Assembly: GCF_009834535.1 (NCBI RefSeq)
Contig: NC_045697.1
Location: 66,838,001-66,902,000, forward strand
Source: Camelus ferus
Lineage: Eukaryota
DNA length: 64,000 bases
Direction: 5' to 3'
A model generated the notes under the pieces. The model saw only the letters and a program-made list of their open reading frames with translations, ran no database searches and was not told where the DNA came from. This document shows, piece after piece, positions 51,851 to 64,000 of this stretch (positions within the stretch are counted from its first letter, which is position 1; the number at the start of each line of letters is the position of its first letter). The translations under genes and the position numbers were made by a program.

Positions 51851-54800
51851 CTGTAGTTCAGGCACAGGAACAACACAGCGTTATTTCTGAAGACAAAAGC
51901 AATCCTTACTGAACCTCGCAACAGAACGCTGTGCTTTGAGTGGTAAGGAGAGATGAGGGCTGTTATCCTCCTCAGTAAGAACAGCTTCTTCTGAAACGGA
52001 AGTCGTGATTCTCTGTGACCTGGCTGAGAGGGAGAGGTACACTTTGAGCTGACTTTGCACAGCCTTGGATTTATGGGGCTTCCGTAAGGGCTAGGCTAGA
52101 TAGAAAGCTCAGGTGTAATTCAGGAACAGCTTTTCTAACAGGATTCTCTAGGGTGAGGGAGGAAATATCAATACTCGTAGGGGTTTCGATTTTAGGAGCG
52201 GAGAACTGTTCAAAAGGGCAGTTCTTTGAGAATGAACAGATCTGAGAGTCCAGAGACTGTCTGACCCTGCGGGGAATGCCCTGGGCAAATGCTCCAGTAA
52301 ATTCTCCCTCTAACCTTTCTAGGAGATAGCTCAGTTCTGCCCTTGTTGAATGAAATGGAACACGGCTCTCCCCTAAATGGTGTCAAATTAAGACTAATTT
52401 TTCAAAAGAAAATGGTGAACATAGTACCTTGCCTCAGGGCAAGTTGCTAATGGAATTCTCCAGTCGCTGGTATGCCCTTTTTTTTTTTTTAATCTAATTT
52501 TAGTAGAGAAAACCATAAATTGGCTCTTAAGATAGTTTCAGCTCATAAAACAGCACAAATGCAAAATCTGAAATTCATCTGCAGGAGAAACTCTAATCAT
52601 TTTCTGATCACTTCTGCTAGTTGGAAGAGCAAAAACAAATGTTGCCTGGGAACTATTAAAGCAATAAAAGAAAATCCACTTAATCTACTTTAAATGTCAT
52701 CTCTCTTTTTTTTCAAAGCAGGTAACTCCTTGGTGTACATAATTAGTTGCTGGAGGATAAAGTAGCCACATGCAGTTCCAGCCACCAGGAAGTCTCAAAG
52801 GTCTTGCAGAGCGTTCAGCTCAGAGGTCACTGCCACTCTTGCCTGGAGCCTCCCATCCTTCGATAATCCTGCCCGGCGGGGGCCGCTGTCTGTGTCCCAG
52901 TGTCACTGGATGGTGTGCTCCACGTTCCGCGATAGCAGCCAGGGCTCACAGTGAGACCTATGCAGTCGCACTGCAGAGTCCATCCCGGGGCAAGGGACTG
53001 CGAGGACAGAGGGTTCTTCACCTCAAAGGCACAGAGCTTAAACAACGGGGACCAGAAGAGTGACATGAAGGCACATGACTGTGGTTTTCAATGGACATGG
53101 GGATGTCTGCCCCAAGTGCCCAAGACTTATACTGGATATAAAATAAGGTACAGGTTGGGGTGGGCAGAGGCGTAGAGAAATCCGAGGTATACCCACAGCT
53201 TAGCGCCCTCGCCCACTTTGAAGTCCTGCTGGCTTCTCGTGTCCCCAGATTTTGGCCACAATCACTCCTGGCTGCTTACTGTTATCTATCCCTTCGGCCA
53301 AACTCAGCTTCCTAAAGCCCAGAGCTGACGCCTCTCTTGCTCACTCAGGGCTCCCCTGACCAGGCGCTGAGGGCCACTTGCACAACCTGCCTGGTCGGCT
53401 GGTCTGAGGCCCCAGGTGCTCCCAGCACCAGAAAATCTGCCCACCTTCCTCAGGTTGCCTTGACCACAACTCAGTCTCCTCAGACAGGACATTCCCTGTT
53501 TCCAGGGCCTCTCTCAAGGATGTCCCTCTGCCAGTTCTTGTGCCCTCTCCCTGCATCTCTGTCAAGTAACCCCCCTCAAAGCCTGGACCAGAAAGCATCT
53601 TCCTGAAGCAGAGCCACCCAAAGCCATCGACCTGGAGCACTTCCCACAGTTCCCACCATCCGCATCTGCCTGCTGGTTGTACTTGTGTTACGTCCTTTGA
53701 CTTCCCAAGTCTCTTGGCCGTGAGAGTACTTTTGTCATCTTCAGAACTTCTCTGATCCTCAGGGAAGTGCCTAGCACATGGAAGCTATTCAGTGCATAGT
53801 TGTTAAAATGATACATTTTTTTCTTGCACAGAGGAGGAAGCCAGATCCTGATAGAAGTCCACCTCCTGGAGCAGCAATGAGCTTCGTTCCAGCTGGACAT
53901 GGCGAAGGGCATGGCTCCCCTCGGGGTTCAGTGCTAAAGGGAAAGACTGGCTGATGCAGGCATGGCTCTCAGGGAGGCCTGCTCACGCCTCCATGTGGTC
54001 CCCCCTTTCCTGGTGAAGGGTCTTCAAACCCTGAGTCTCCAGCCTTGGCCACTTTGCCTGTGTGGAGGAAAGGAATCCAATAGGGCAGAATTTGTCTGTC
54101 TTATCAGGTGGCTGACAACAGCCTTGGAGGTAAAAGAAAAATACATACATACATGCATTTACATTTCATCTGGTAATTTCAATTGCTATTAGTTCTTCCT
54201 TTACTTCCAGGTAAAAGTAGAGTTTACTCTCAACAGAATGCTTATTACAATAACTGTTTATGATATTGGTACCATCTGTCTTTGATGTTATGGTTCCCTG
54301 AGTTAAACATACGATTTTTCACTATTAACCAAACAGCTGCCATGGCTCACATTTTCAACACTCCCCAGGAGAAATCCAGTCCTTTGTGAAGTCACTTAGA
54401 AAACTAGATTTTCCCAGGGGTGGTTTTGAACAGGTTATAGAAAACAAAAGAGGGAAACAGGATGACGAGAGCAGAGTGAGGCTCTGTACATTTTTACTAC
54501 TGTTCTTTACGTGCACAAAAGTGCCGAGGGTCAGTAGTTAACAGGGTTGTAATGTCTTTGTCTATAGTTAAAACAAAATACAAGTCCTGAAGAGACTAAG
54601 TTTCTCTTTTCTACATTTTTTTCTCTCGGTGGTGATGAGTAGCTTCCCCGTTGCTACTTCCCCATGCCCTCAAAACAACGTCTTTCATCATTTACATTTT
54701 GATACTCATTCATACCCATATTCTTAACTCTTCTAGACGTTCTCATTCTGAAATTTCATCTCTGAGACTAAAGGCTTTATATCTAGTTAAGGCATCTCTA

Positions 54801-56866
54801 GCCAAGGCTCTCTTGGCATCACTACGGTCTATGTCAAGCACAGCCTGCTCTCCTGGGGAGGGGGGCAGGTCCTCCTCCTGACTAGGGAGGCCAAGTCGCT
54901 TTAGCAACTTGATGAGGGGTGGAGGGTGGCTGGGGGGTGGGGCAGCACATTCCTGGAAAGTCAGCTCATTCTTGGGAGACAGAACATTGGAACTGCACCC
55001 CCAGCCCACCTGCCAGCTTGCCGTGTGACCCTCGGAAGGAGCGCTGTCCAGAAGACAGACGCCACCGACGGAGCCTTTTCTCTGGTTAGTTATGGCTTGT
55101 CAATCACAGGGCACCCCTCCTTGGAGCTTTTGATGAGGGTCCAGGCCTCAGGGCTCTGCAGAGCCTCGCTCCCCAACATCAGCCCCCGACTCATCCTCTC
55201 TGGGCTGCATCCACCACATTCAAATGCTAACAACAATGGTGGGACTCAGTGACCCAGAAGTAAAAGCCGCAGAGTGCCCCTTAATCCCCAAAGTCATCTG
55301 ACTCGGGTCATCCTCTGTTAAATGTGCTCGTCTGTCCCTAGGCCTCTGAGATGACTGCTGCCAAGCTGCAAAAGAAATCATCTTTCCTCTACATTGGCAC
55401 GAGAAAGAAAGTCCTTAAGCTGTGATGAGACCATACGACGGTCTCTCGGCGGCGAGCCTGCTGGGGGAGCCAGGACCGACCGGCGCGCTTTCAGAGGCAG
55501 CTGCAGCTGGTCCACCTTTTCATCACACAGCAGACACTCACGCTGAACAGAGAGCAAGCATCAAAGGAGTAGACCTCCTCCTCCCCCACAACAGTCCGCA
55601 GCCTTTGTTGTCCCTGGAGCTGGGTGGTTACTGAACTTTGCAGGCCTGCTGGGCCTGGAAAGTGAAAACACCCTCCCGAGCCAGCAGGGGTGGTGCTGTG
55701 GGCCCGGGAGATAGGCCTGCACGTCGCCAGGCCCGGCGGTTGCCATGGCGCCCTGACACCAAGATCATGCCTTGTGAATGTCACTGAGGTCTGTGACTAA
55801 AGTTGTTTATGAGTCGAAAGTCTCCTGAAGCGGCAGGAGGAAACGATGGCCACGCCTCGTGGGCTGTGGGAAAGGGATGCGGCGGCGTCAAGGCTGACGT
55901 GCACCCTCCTGAGTTTGCTAAGGAAGACAGTCTGTAAATACTACGTGGGGAGCGAGACACACCTAACACGGTGGTGACATTTCATTCTTCACTGTGCACG
56001 AGACAGCCGGGGAGAAGCAGTCTTTTAAATCATGCACTGTCCTGCTGTAGCCCTAAAATACGACAGTTCTGTGCTATGTGGCACAGAGAGCAGGGCCCAC
56101 CTTAGCTCCATGGGCCAGAAGGCTCTGCCTCTGCCCAGCGGCTGTATCCTTTTCTTCCTGCAGCCTGAAGGATTTCCACGGTTCTAACTCCAAGCTATGG
56201 GGTGCCAGGTAACCGCTAAGATCACGAGCCCCTCCCCCCTCTTTCTATCCAGAGAAGTTTTAAACATCAGTGATGACTTACTTCTGTAAGAGGGATGTAT
56301 AAAAATTCCCACCTGAAGGGAGTGAGGGTCACCACAAGGCAAAGCAATGTTGCGGCCACTGGGGGAAAATGTGGAGATGTTACTTCTATTTCGGGACCAT
56401 CTCTCCCACCCTGGGGGAAAAAGGCATCTCTTCTATTTGGAGGCTGATGTATAAGAAAGCACGGAGACCAAGAGATTTCTCCTTTCAACAGAGAAAAAAG
56501 GAAAAGGAGGGGCAGGCAGCACGCACTCAGACCAAGGTGGGCGAGTTCCGAGGAGAGGCAGGGGTGCAGGGGGGAAGCTTTGGGAAAGTTACTCCATGTG
56601 CAGCTACCTAAATTAAACCTTATACTTGAAATTCAGATCTGTGTAAAAAGTGAAACCATTATCCTTAAATTCATGTCACAACATATAAAAAGGCTTGTTT
56701 TTTGAAAAGGATCCTCTCTTGTGTTCTTTTTCTATTAACAAGCAGGCCCTCCAGAGAGCTCTTCAGGACTTCCCCTCGAGCCTCCGTGGAGATACTTTTC
56801 ACCCCCCTCCTCCTCCCCGAGCTCCGTCCCTCCCTGATCGATCAAAGACAGATGAGCGCCTCTCAC

Positions 56867-57031
56867 CTCAGACACGGTGCAGCTGAGCTGGAAGATCTGC
56901 CCTTCTCCTTCCACCTGCCGCACACACAGCTTGCAGACCAGCTCCACTGTGTTCAGGCTAAATCTTTCCAGAGTGAACGTGCAGTGGAGGTTTCTCTGAG
57001 ACCCACTCCAGATATGGTAGAAAGGAATTTC
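56867..57031 (-). CDS. UNC5C: UNC5C coding exon, UPA domain ([55 protein letters not shown])
   Basis: Minus strand ttttag acceptor, GAG|gtgaga donor, 165 nt. Confidence 0.96.
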
Positions 57032-57049
57032 CTAAAACAGATGGAAGTG

Positions 57050-57285
57050 TTGACACAGTGCTGCCAAGTGCTTGTCTCAGTGTTTGTGACACATATCACC
57101 TCATTTAATCCTCACAACAGGCCCGTGGACAAGTACAGCCCGACCCACTTTTCAGATGAAAACCCTGAGGCTCAGAGAGGTTAAATAACTTACCCAGAGT
57201 CCCACAGCTAGTAAGCGGCAGAGTTGAGGTCACAGCCCAGGGAATCAGCCCCAGAACCCATACCCCTAAGCAAGTCTGCCACTTC
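57050..57285 (-). mobile_element. MIR SINE abutting a UNC5C splice acceptor
   Basis: cctcatttaatcctcacaacaggcccgtgg...ttttcagatgaaaaccctgaggctcagagaggttaaataacttacccagagtcccacagctagtaag. Confidence 0.85.
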
Positions 57286-57634
57286 TCTGTCATTGACAAC
57301 AAAGCCATCGTAAGGGATTTTTTAAGGTTTAGAAAATTCCCAAAATGAAACCTACACATCCTACTCATTGTCCATTAGAAGGAGTTCCTGCCTTGCTGTC
57401 CTGGAGAAAAGCACAGAAAGTCTAAAGGATGATGCAGGGGACGGGGAACCCAAGACTCACTCCAAGTTGGAAACCAGAGGCTGGGGCTGCCACGGAAAGT
57501 TCTTGGCCTAGAGAGCACCAAACCTCTCACGGACGTGACTGTCTGTGGGTCTAGACAACCATGCAGAGCCCACCCTAGAATCTTGTTCTCAGTAAAGGAA
57601 AGAAAAGAGTGACACATTAAAAAAAAATGGGAGA

Positions 57635-57810
57635 ACACGTTAAGAACAGAGGCTCTGGAGCCAAATTCAGTACAAGCGAGACTGCTTCCCCTGGCTTACT
57701 TGGTGATTTGGGGCAAGTTACTTAAGCTTTCCATGCCTCAGTTTCCTCATCTGTGAAAGATGACTAAGGAAGAGTACCTGAAAGGAAGGGGTTAAATGAG
57801 ATCAGCCAAA
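57635..57810 (+). mobile_element. MIR SINE
   Basis: gttaagaacagaggctctggagcca...ggggcaagttacttaagctttccatgcctcagtttcctcatctgtgaaa. Confidence 0.85.
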
Positions 57811-58900
57811 GTACAAGGGAGTCTGGCAGGTGGGAGGAACCAGGCTTAGCCTGTGCTAATATCAGATGATCATTATTAGAAAAACAGCATTTTCCATTAT
57901 GACTACGCAAAAGAAATTGTTCATAAAAGGGGAAGATTTGTGGAGTTTTATGGCAGTTGCAAAACTAGAGGAAGGAGAAAGCAAAGGGAGGGTTTTAAAG
58001 AGAAAGTTAAAGCCAATCTCTCAATCAAGTGCTGAGTTACACAGAAGAGCTAGCACACCCCCACATCAAAGTTCGAGACTGGTGGCGAACTAGGTTTGTT
58101 CCCCACAGTTCCGGTCTAAGTACCAGACTGAGAGTAAGAAAGCAGCTGAAAACCTTCCCCTCAGCCCCCCTAGCATGCTCACTGATTTACAGCAGAAAGG
58201 CACAGCCAGCTCAGCTGTGGCGCGGTGTGCGGGGTTGGGTTTACACACGTGGGGACAAGGATCCCTGCTTATCTAGGTGTGTCTGTCTCCCAGGACGGGC
58301 TCTGAGGCTATGGAGCCCGTCACACAGCCTCCTGAGAGCTCAGACTGCCCGGTGGAGGGGAGGAGAATCCTGTTTTTCCCACAGGTACATACGTTGGAAC
58401 TTGGGACCAGTATTTTTATGCTGTTCTCTAATAAAATCCTGACCATCGTTTATTTTTACTTGCTACTCCAGTTTCCAAGCTGAGGTTCCTTCTAAATTTT
58501 CAATGTAAAGACACTGTCCCGGCCAGGCTGGGGCCTCATTTGTGTCACATGGGATAACCATGTTCTTCTCTTTCTTCTATGAAAGCATTTGAGACTGGCT
58601 GTTATCCATTCCATATTAACTTTTACTCAGAAAATGAACTGAAATGATGGACTTGAAAGTCTTATTTACTAAAAATAAAACAATGATAGTACACTTACCT
58701 GAAAGAGAATTAAGAAAAAAGCATTTCTTCAAGTATGTCTAGAGTGTTTTTCAAAAATCCTACACAACCCCAAACTATTTTGGCAAAGCAAGTCCTGATG
58801 TAGGATTACTTTCAAGGAAGGGAGTATCTTCTGTCTAAATCATTCTAGCCCTCTTTCTCGGAGATGTCTCCAAGCCTTTAGTTCAGCTGGGGAACCTTAC

Positions 58901-59050
58901 CTGGTACTTGGCCAGCAGTTTGCTCTTCCAGAGGGAGTGGGCAATGTCATGAATGGACAGGCGCAGGTTGTGGCTGCTGCCTTTGAAGTGAAGAGCCTTA
59001 GGTTCTTCTAGGAGCTGTCCTCCCATCTGTCTCTCGAGCTGCAGAACTTC
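58901..59050 (-). CDS. UNC5C: UNC5C coding exon, UPA domain ([50 protein letters not shown])
   Basis: Minus strand ttgcag acceptor, CAG|gtaagg donor, 150 nt, phase 0; within ORF 58883..59212. Upstream exons were not found in the window. Confidence 0.96.
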
Positions 59051-62000
59051 CTGCAACGACATGCCCAAAAGCAAATGACTGCCCTGTGTCACTTCCGTGA
59101 CATGCGTCCCCAGTGTGCCTCCCCTGCCACACCTAACTGCAACGCATGGCGTCCCTTCTGCAGCCTCGAGACCCTGCGACTCCCACCAGCTGAGGCCCTG
59201 GTCAGTTTGCATGTGACTGGGCCCTTACTGACCATGGGCTGTTTCAGCAATCCACATCACACTATGTCGTGGGGCACGTTCAGTACAGTCTGCACCTCCT
59301 GACGGACAAGTGGAATATTTAGTCAGATGCAGGGAAGTAACAAACAAAACCAAAATGGGAAGAAACATCAATAAAAGAAAAAATAGAAATGCAGGCAAAT
59401 GGGTAAGTAAGTAGATTTTCAATGAACTTTTAGGGAAAGGGGCAAATAACTAAAAAATAAATCGTATCTTAGATTGGTAACACCAGCCAACAAATAAAAA
59501 TTTCAAATGTGTTTTGGGTGCTTTTTCTGTTTCAGTTTTTTTACCTACAAAGATAAAATTTTTGCTTAAAATTATCCATTACACAATTCCCAAATATCAA
59601 AAAATTAAAATATGCTCATTAGATGTCTTATTAGAGGAAAATACACTGATAACAGTAGGAAGGTTTTTTTCAGCACCAAATATTAATCTAAATAGAAACT
59701 CAGATTAAATTTTTTTAAGAAACACCTCATTTCTCAAGAACTGTGGCTGATTAAAAATTTTGCTATGTAACTTTACTTATGCTATAAAGATGTAACATGA
59801 AGATACATTCTCCATCTACTTCCATTCCTCAGTCTAGTTAATGGGAGTTAATGAAGCATTTACAACTACAGCTACAATTATCCAAACATCAGCAAACCAT
59901 AAGTTATCGATGAACAAAATATCCTGAGCCTCCTATGCTGTCTGAACCATCCCTATGCATTTTGCTCTTCTTGTGCCTTAAAAGTTTCAGTGATGCAAAC
60001 AGGCAGCCATTTATAACTTTTTTTTTTTTAAGGAGTTCAGGAAAATACTAGATTTTATACAGATATAAACACAAAATACGATTTTTTTCTTTGGGGAGAT
60101 CATGATTGAAAGCATGGGGTTCCATCCCACAGGTGATCATTCAGGCTATTCTACACGCAGGTATTAGGAACCCCGACCTGCAAAGATAGCTGGTCATAGT
60201 GGAAAACTGAGTGGGGGTCACTGAAATGTAGTCTAGTAAGTGAAGAGCTTACCAACATCATTGATTAAATGGAAACAGCTCATTTCAAATTGCTCCTTTA
60301 GTGGTTCTGAGCGTCCATCATCTTTGAGTCATTATTCTGTGCAAAGCAAGCTGCTGAAAGGTCCTATAAGGTGCAGGGAATATGAGGGTAATGTGGACTG
60401 TGGTCTCAGACAGGGACCCCTCTAATTAGTGCGTAATGGAAGAGATGAGGCAATAGCCCATTGATGGAGAGACGGGCATGGTCCAGATGCCTGAGAGTAC
60501 TGACACCGAGAATATTCAACCTTGGTAGCTGATGAGTAGCTATTACTTGTGACAGAAGCCTGAGCCGTCAGCCAGCCCCCAGCCCACCGCACCGGTCAGC
60601 CACCCCAACACATATGTCGTGTCACCATGCCCTGGCTCTGCTGTGCCTGCAGCTCAGCAGGCTCCAAGGGTCCCCAGCAGGCCACTGAAATCTGACCAGC
60701 CCACAGTTACACGTGCTCCTCATGGAACGCCCTCCCACAACACTTCGCACGCCATTCCTTGACAAGAATCTGGCCGTGTGGAAATGAAGACGAATAAGGA
60801 AAGGGAGGGTTAATTGCGGTTTCTTCTGCTTCAGCAGGAAGGCATAATGAGCTTATGTTGATCATGTTTGGTGTCTAGTTAGCATAATAGAGAAAGCTGA
60901 TGTTCCCAGTGAACCTGGCACCTGACAAATTCTAAAGCTAAAATGATGTTTGTTTATAAGCCATTAGAAGAAAAGAAACATAATTAGAAATCTTTGCGAT
61001 TACAGTCATGCCAATCAATCAGTTCTAGCTTCTTTCCAGTACACCCTAATTACCTCATCAAGACATCTAAAGAGCAATCGATAGTAATTATCTGATTACT
61101 ATAGATCTTCATTATGTCCAAATTATCTCCCTGGGATGTCTAAAAGAAGACTTCCGGGAGGTAATTGTACCCAACAATGTATAATCCACACCCCATTCCT
61201 ACGATCAACACAAGATTGCCAGGGGTAATGGAGAACATGACCAGTTTTCTTGGCAGGGAGGACCACTGAAAGAAACCTCAACTGCCTATTGCCCAAGAAC
61301 TTGAAGTCAAGAAATCAAATACCATGTTTTGAGTGCAAAGTCTGGGCTGGAAACAGGCCAAGAATAAGGCTCAGTCCTTGGCTTCTATGACACTGACCTC
61401 GAAAGTCATGGTAAAGAGTTCTTCCCAGTGAGGAAAGAGACTGAGTTGGCATAAGCCTGTTTTCGGTTTTTTTTTTTTTTTTTTTTTTTTTGACAAAGTA
61501 CCAAGTAAAGTGCCATTTGAAAGACAACGGGGCTGGAGAACCTACTCTGTCTCCATATTTGTAATTTCTCCATCTCTTCACCAACCAGGAGTGACACAGA
61601 GCTGGGAGGAACCTGACTTCTGTCTCCCATTCAGTTGGCCAGGACCCCCGGTGAGAGATGAACTGCCCACTAGAACGCACCCATGCTTGGAGCAGCGGTC
61701 TCTAAACATATTTGCACAGCCCATCAGTCAAAAAATCGAGCATACATTTTGTTTATGTTTCATTATAAGTTATATACCTATAATATCTCAGTATGTTACT
61801 ATATTAAAAAATATACCTAAGGTTACAAGTAGGGACTGAGATGAATAGACACAGAAGTGCTAATATTTTCCTTTTCTGCCCCAAAGGCTCACTGGCCGGG
61901 GTGGGGGTGTGAACTCCACTTTGGAGACTGCTGGCTGGGACAGCTGTCCTTCCACTTGAACTCTGGGAGAAATCGGCCCAGGAGTAAATGATTCATCAGT

Positions 62001-63934
62001 AAGAAGAATCCTTACCAAACTTGAGTTTAACATTTTTTCCTGTAAAGTAGCAACTGGTAACATCACACTCAAGATGTTCAACTTCAAGGAAACACAACAA
62101 AAAAAGGCAATAACCAAAAGCACAAATTAAAAAAAATTAAAGTGTGAATTAAAGATACTACAATCAAACAAAACAACTCCTTGGAAACTAAAATCATCTA
62201 AAAGCACACGAGAGAGCGACGACTTGCTACGTATGGTGAATCCCATGTATAAATTTTGTGTCAGGAAACAAGAGGCGTGCCCACTTGGTAGGCTTTTGTT
62301 CCCTATTGTTGTGGCTGAAGTGTCATAACTTCAGGTATTTTATAGCTAAGCCCACTTAAAAAATAGTGTCACATATTTTAAAAAGCTTGGTTTTCTGAGT
62401 TCTGCATGAAATCATCTTGGTTATTACACATATGATACAGGTAAGTCAGAGAACGTAAAAATAACAGATGTATGAATCAATAAGATACAGCTTCACAGTT
62501 AAATGCCTTCCTCTTAATCTCCCTGGGAGTATTCATTTAATACACCCACCAGGAACTGTGTCAGGCTCTGGGACACAGACGACTCGGTCTTGGTCCCTGC
62601 CTCAAACCACACTCATGGACCACAGGTGAGGGGAGTGCCAACATACAAACACGTAACTCGACGTGCTCAGCTCTAAGACAGCTTCTTTTGGGACCCAGGT
62701 TGCTTTTGGGTCCCAATGGTTAGGATATTTCACATACCTTAAAAGAGGATAGGAATGAAATATATTTAAGGTCAAAAGACTTAGGAAGACTTAAGAAAAA
62801 TACTGTGACCTTGGAAAGAAATGCCATAATAGGAATTAAGATCATCTAGGCTCTTTCCTCTCAGAAATATAAATGTCACCTTCCCTAGCAAAGGCTGTCC
62901 TCCCTCCTGGCCACACCTCTACTGCCTTGTTCAGGCTCCAGGTTGCCTCGATGGGTGTCTATAGATGGGGTCACTTCCCGCCTGCCTGTCAGTTCTACTG
63001 CCACCCCTCCAATTTCGCCTTGAAAAGACTCTCTCAGGGGTCAGTTATCAGCAGAAATGTCTCCAGCCCCTCCTTCCACGGGAACACGCACACAAACCCC
63101 ACGTCACCAGGAGGAGCCTCCTGTGCCTCAGAGCCTGGTGTCCGCTGGGGTCTGAGCAATCCCGTGGAACGGCTGCTTCCCCGGTGTGGTGGCCGCCCCA
63201 ATGCAGGCTCCTCTGTGGAGCCTGTGAGGGATTGTTCCAAAGGCAGGGACAAGGGATTCCACAGTAGAAACAAACATCTTTCACAATAACCAATTAAACC
63301 AAGACATTATCCATGCCAAGCCATTAGCCTGGGCCACTTAAGAGCCACAATAAATCCAAGCTGTTTTAAAGGTCTGTGCGTACAAACGGACACCTCTGGC
63401 CTGCACTCGGAACTCTCCAGGCTCTAAGAGGGTGGGATCTGCCCTCATTAAGCCTGACAGAGCAAGGCGCGTTGGAGAGCCCAACAACTCCTACCCTCTG
63501 GCTTCCCTAACCCCAATTTTTCCCTCCGCATTAACCACGCCTGCCTCTAACTCCGCCTCCACCTCTGCCTCCTGTTCCTCCTCCTCCGGCTCCATCCCTG
63601 TCTCACAGCTGGTGCACACAGGAGCCCCCAGGTGATGCGGCTGCCTAGGTGACAGGGCTGAGTATATGGAAATGCCTGAAGGGCATCTGCTGGAATGTGA
63701 CAACTCTCTGTCCCAGTGCAAAGCAGTGACTGTGCAAGGAGCTGTGTGAGGTGCTGGGGCCCTGGCTTGGTCCTCCACACTCTGTGTTCATCCTCATTCT
63801 CCAATCCCCCTCACCCCATGCTCTGACATCCCTGGTCCTGCTCAAAGACTCACCTCCTCTCTCACACCACTGCTCTGAATTGTGCCTGTTTCTTTGAAGA
63901 CACTTGTTCTAATTTTTTTAATCTTAAAAAAAAA

Positions 63935-64000
63935 TTGGGGGGAGGTAATTAGGTTTACTTGTTTTTTTTTTTTTTTTTTTTTTTAGAGAAGGTGCTGGGG
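63935..64000 (-). mobile_element. Camelid-type tRNA-derived SINE (3' tail, cut off by the window edge)
   Basis: ttggggggaggtaattaggtttacttg(t)nagagaaggtgctgggg matches the tail I recall for the abundant camelid SINE. Confidence 0.65.

Noticed and set aside
63491..63778. Glu-rich minus-strand ORF (EPEEEEQEAEVEAELE) as a possible extra UNC5C exon
   Set aside because: Derives from a low-complexity CT-rich tract; no similarity to the expected upstream UNC5C exon.

Overview
Mammalian genomic DNA containing the tail-to-tail BMPR1B / UNC5C locus. A camelid-type SINE tail at the right edge and no recognisable Alu, BovB, Bov-tA, PRE1 or SINEC point to a camelid (inference). Plus strand: nine coding exons of BMPR1B (ALK6, ~Ser48 to Leu502 and stop, 3140-37533). 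All have GT-AG boundaries and splice into one open frame of 1366 nt, followed by a ~3.7 kb 3'UTR (distal AATAAA at 41196). Minus strand: the last four coding exons of UNC5C (UPA and death domain, 59050-50778) and a ~6.5 kb 3'UTR ending near 44200-44250. The two inferred 3' ends are only ~3 kb apart. The introns hold old repeats (MIR, L2, L1M, MER5, MaLR) and a well-preserved ERV1-type solo LTR. I see no evidence of a new gene or a new biological system; nearly all ORF-track entries are chance ORFs. The best leads are a strong CTCF motif in the UNC5C 3'UTR, strand-matched G-quadruplex/MAZ motifs in the gap, a His at BMPR1B residue 205, UNC5C changes next to the Alzheimer-risk residue T835, a GC3/CpG spike at one kinase exon, a cryptic acceptor giving an immediate stop, and motif clusters (CRE/E-box, forkhead-like array, miR-125/124/144 and Pumilio sites). 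Comparisons with human sequence and repeat family names are from memory and need checking.
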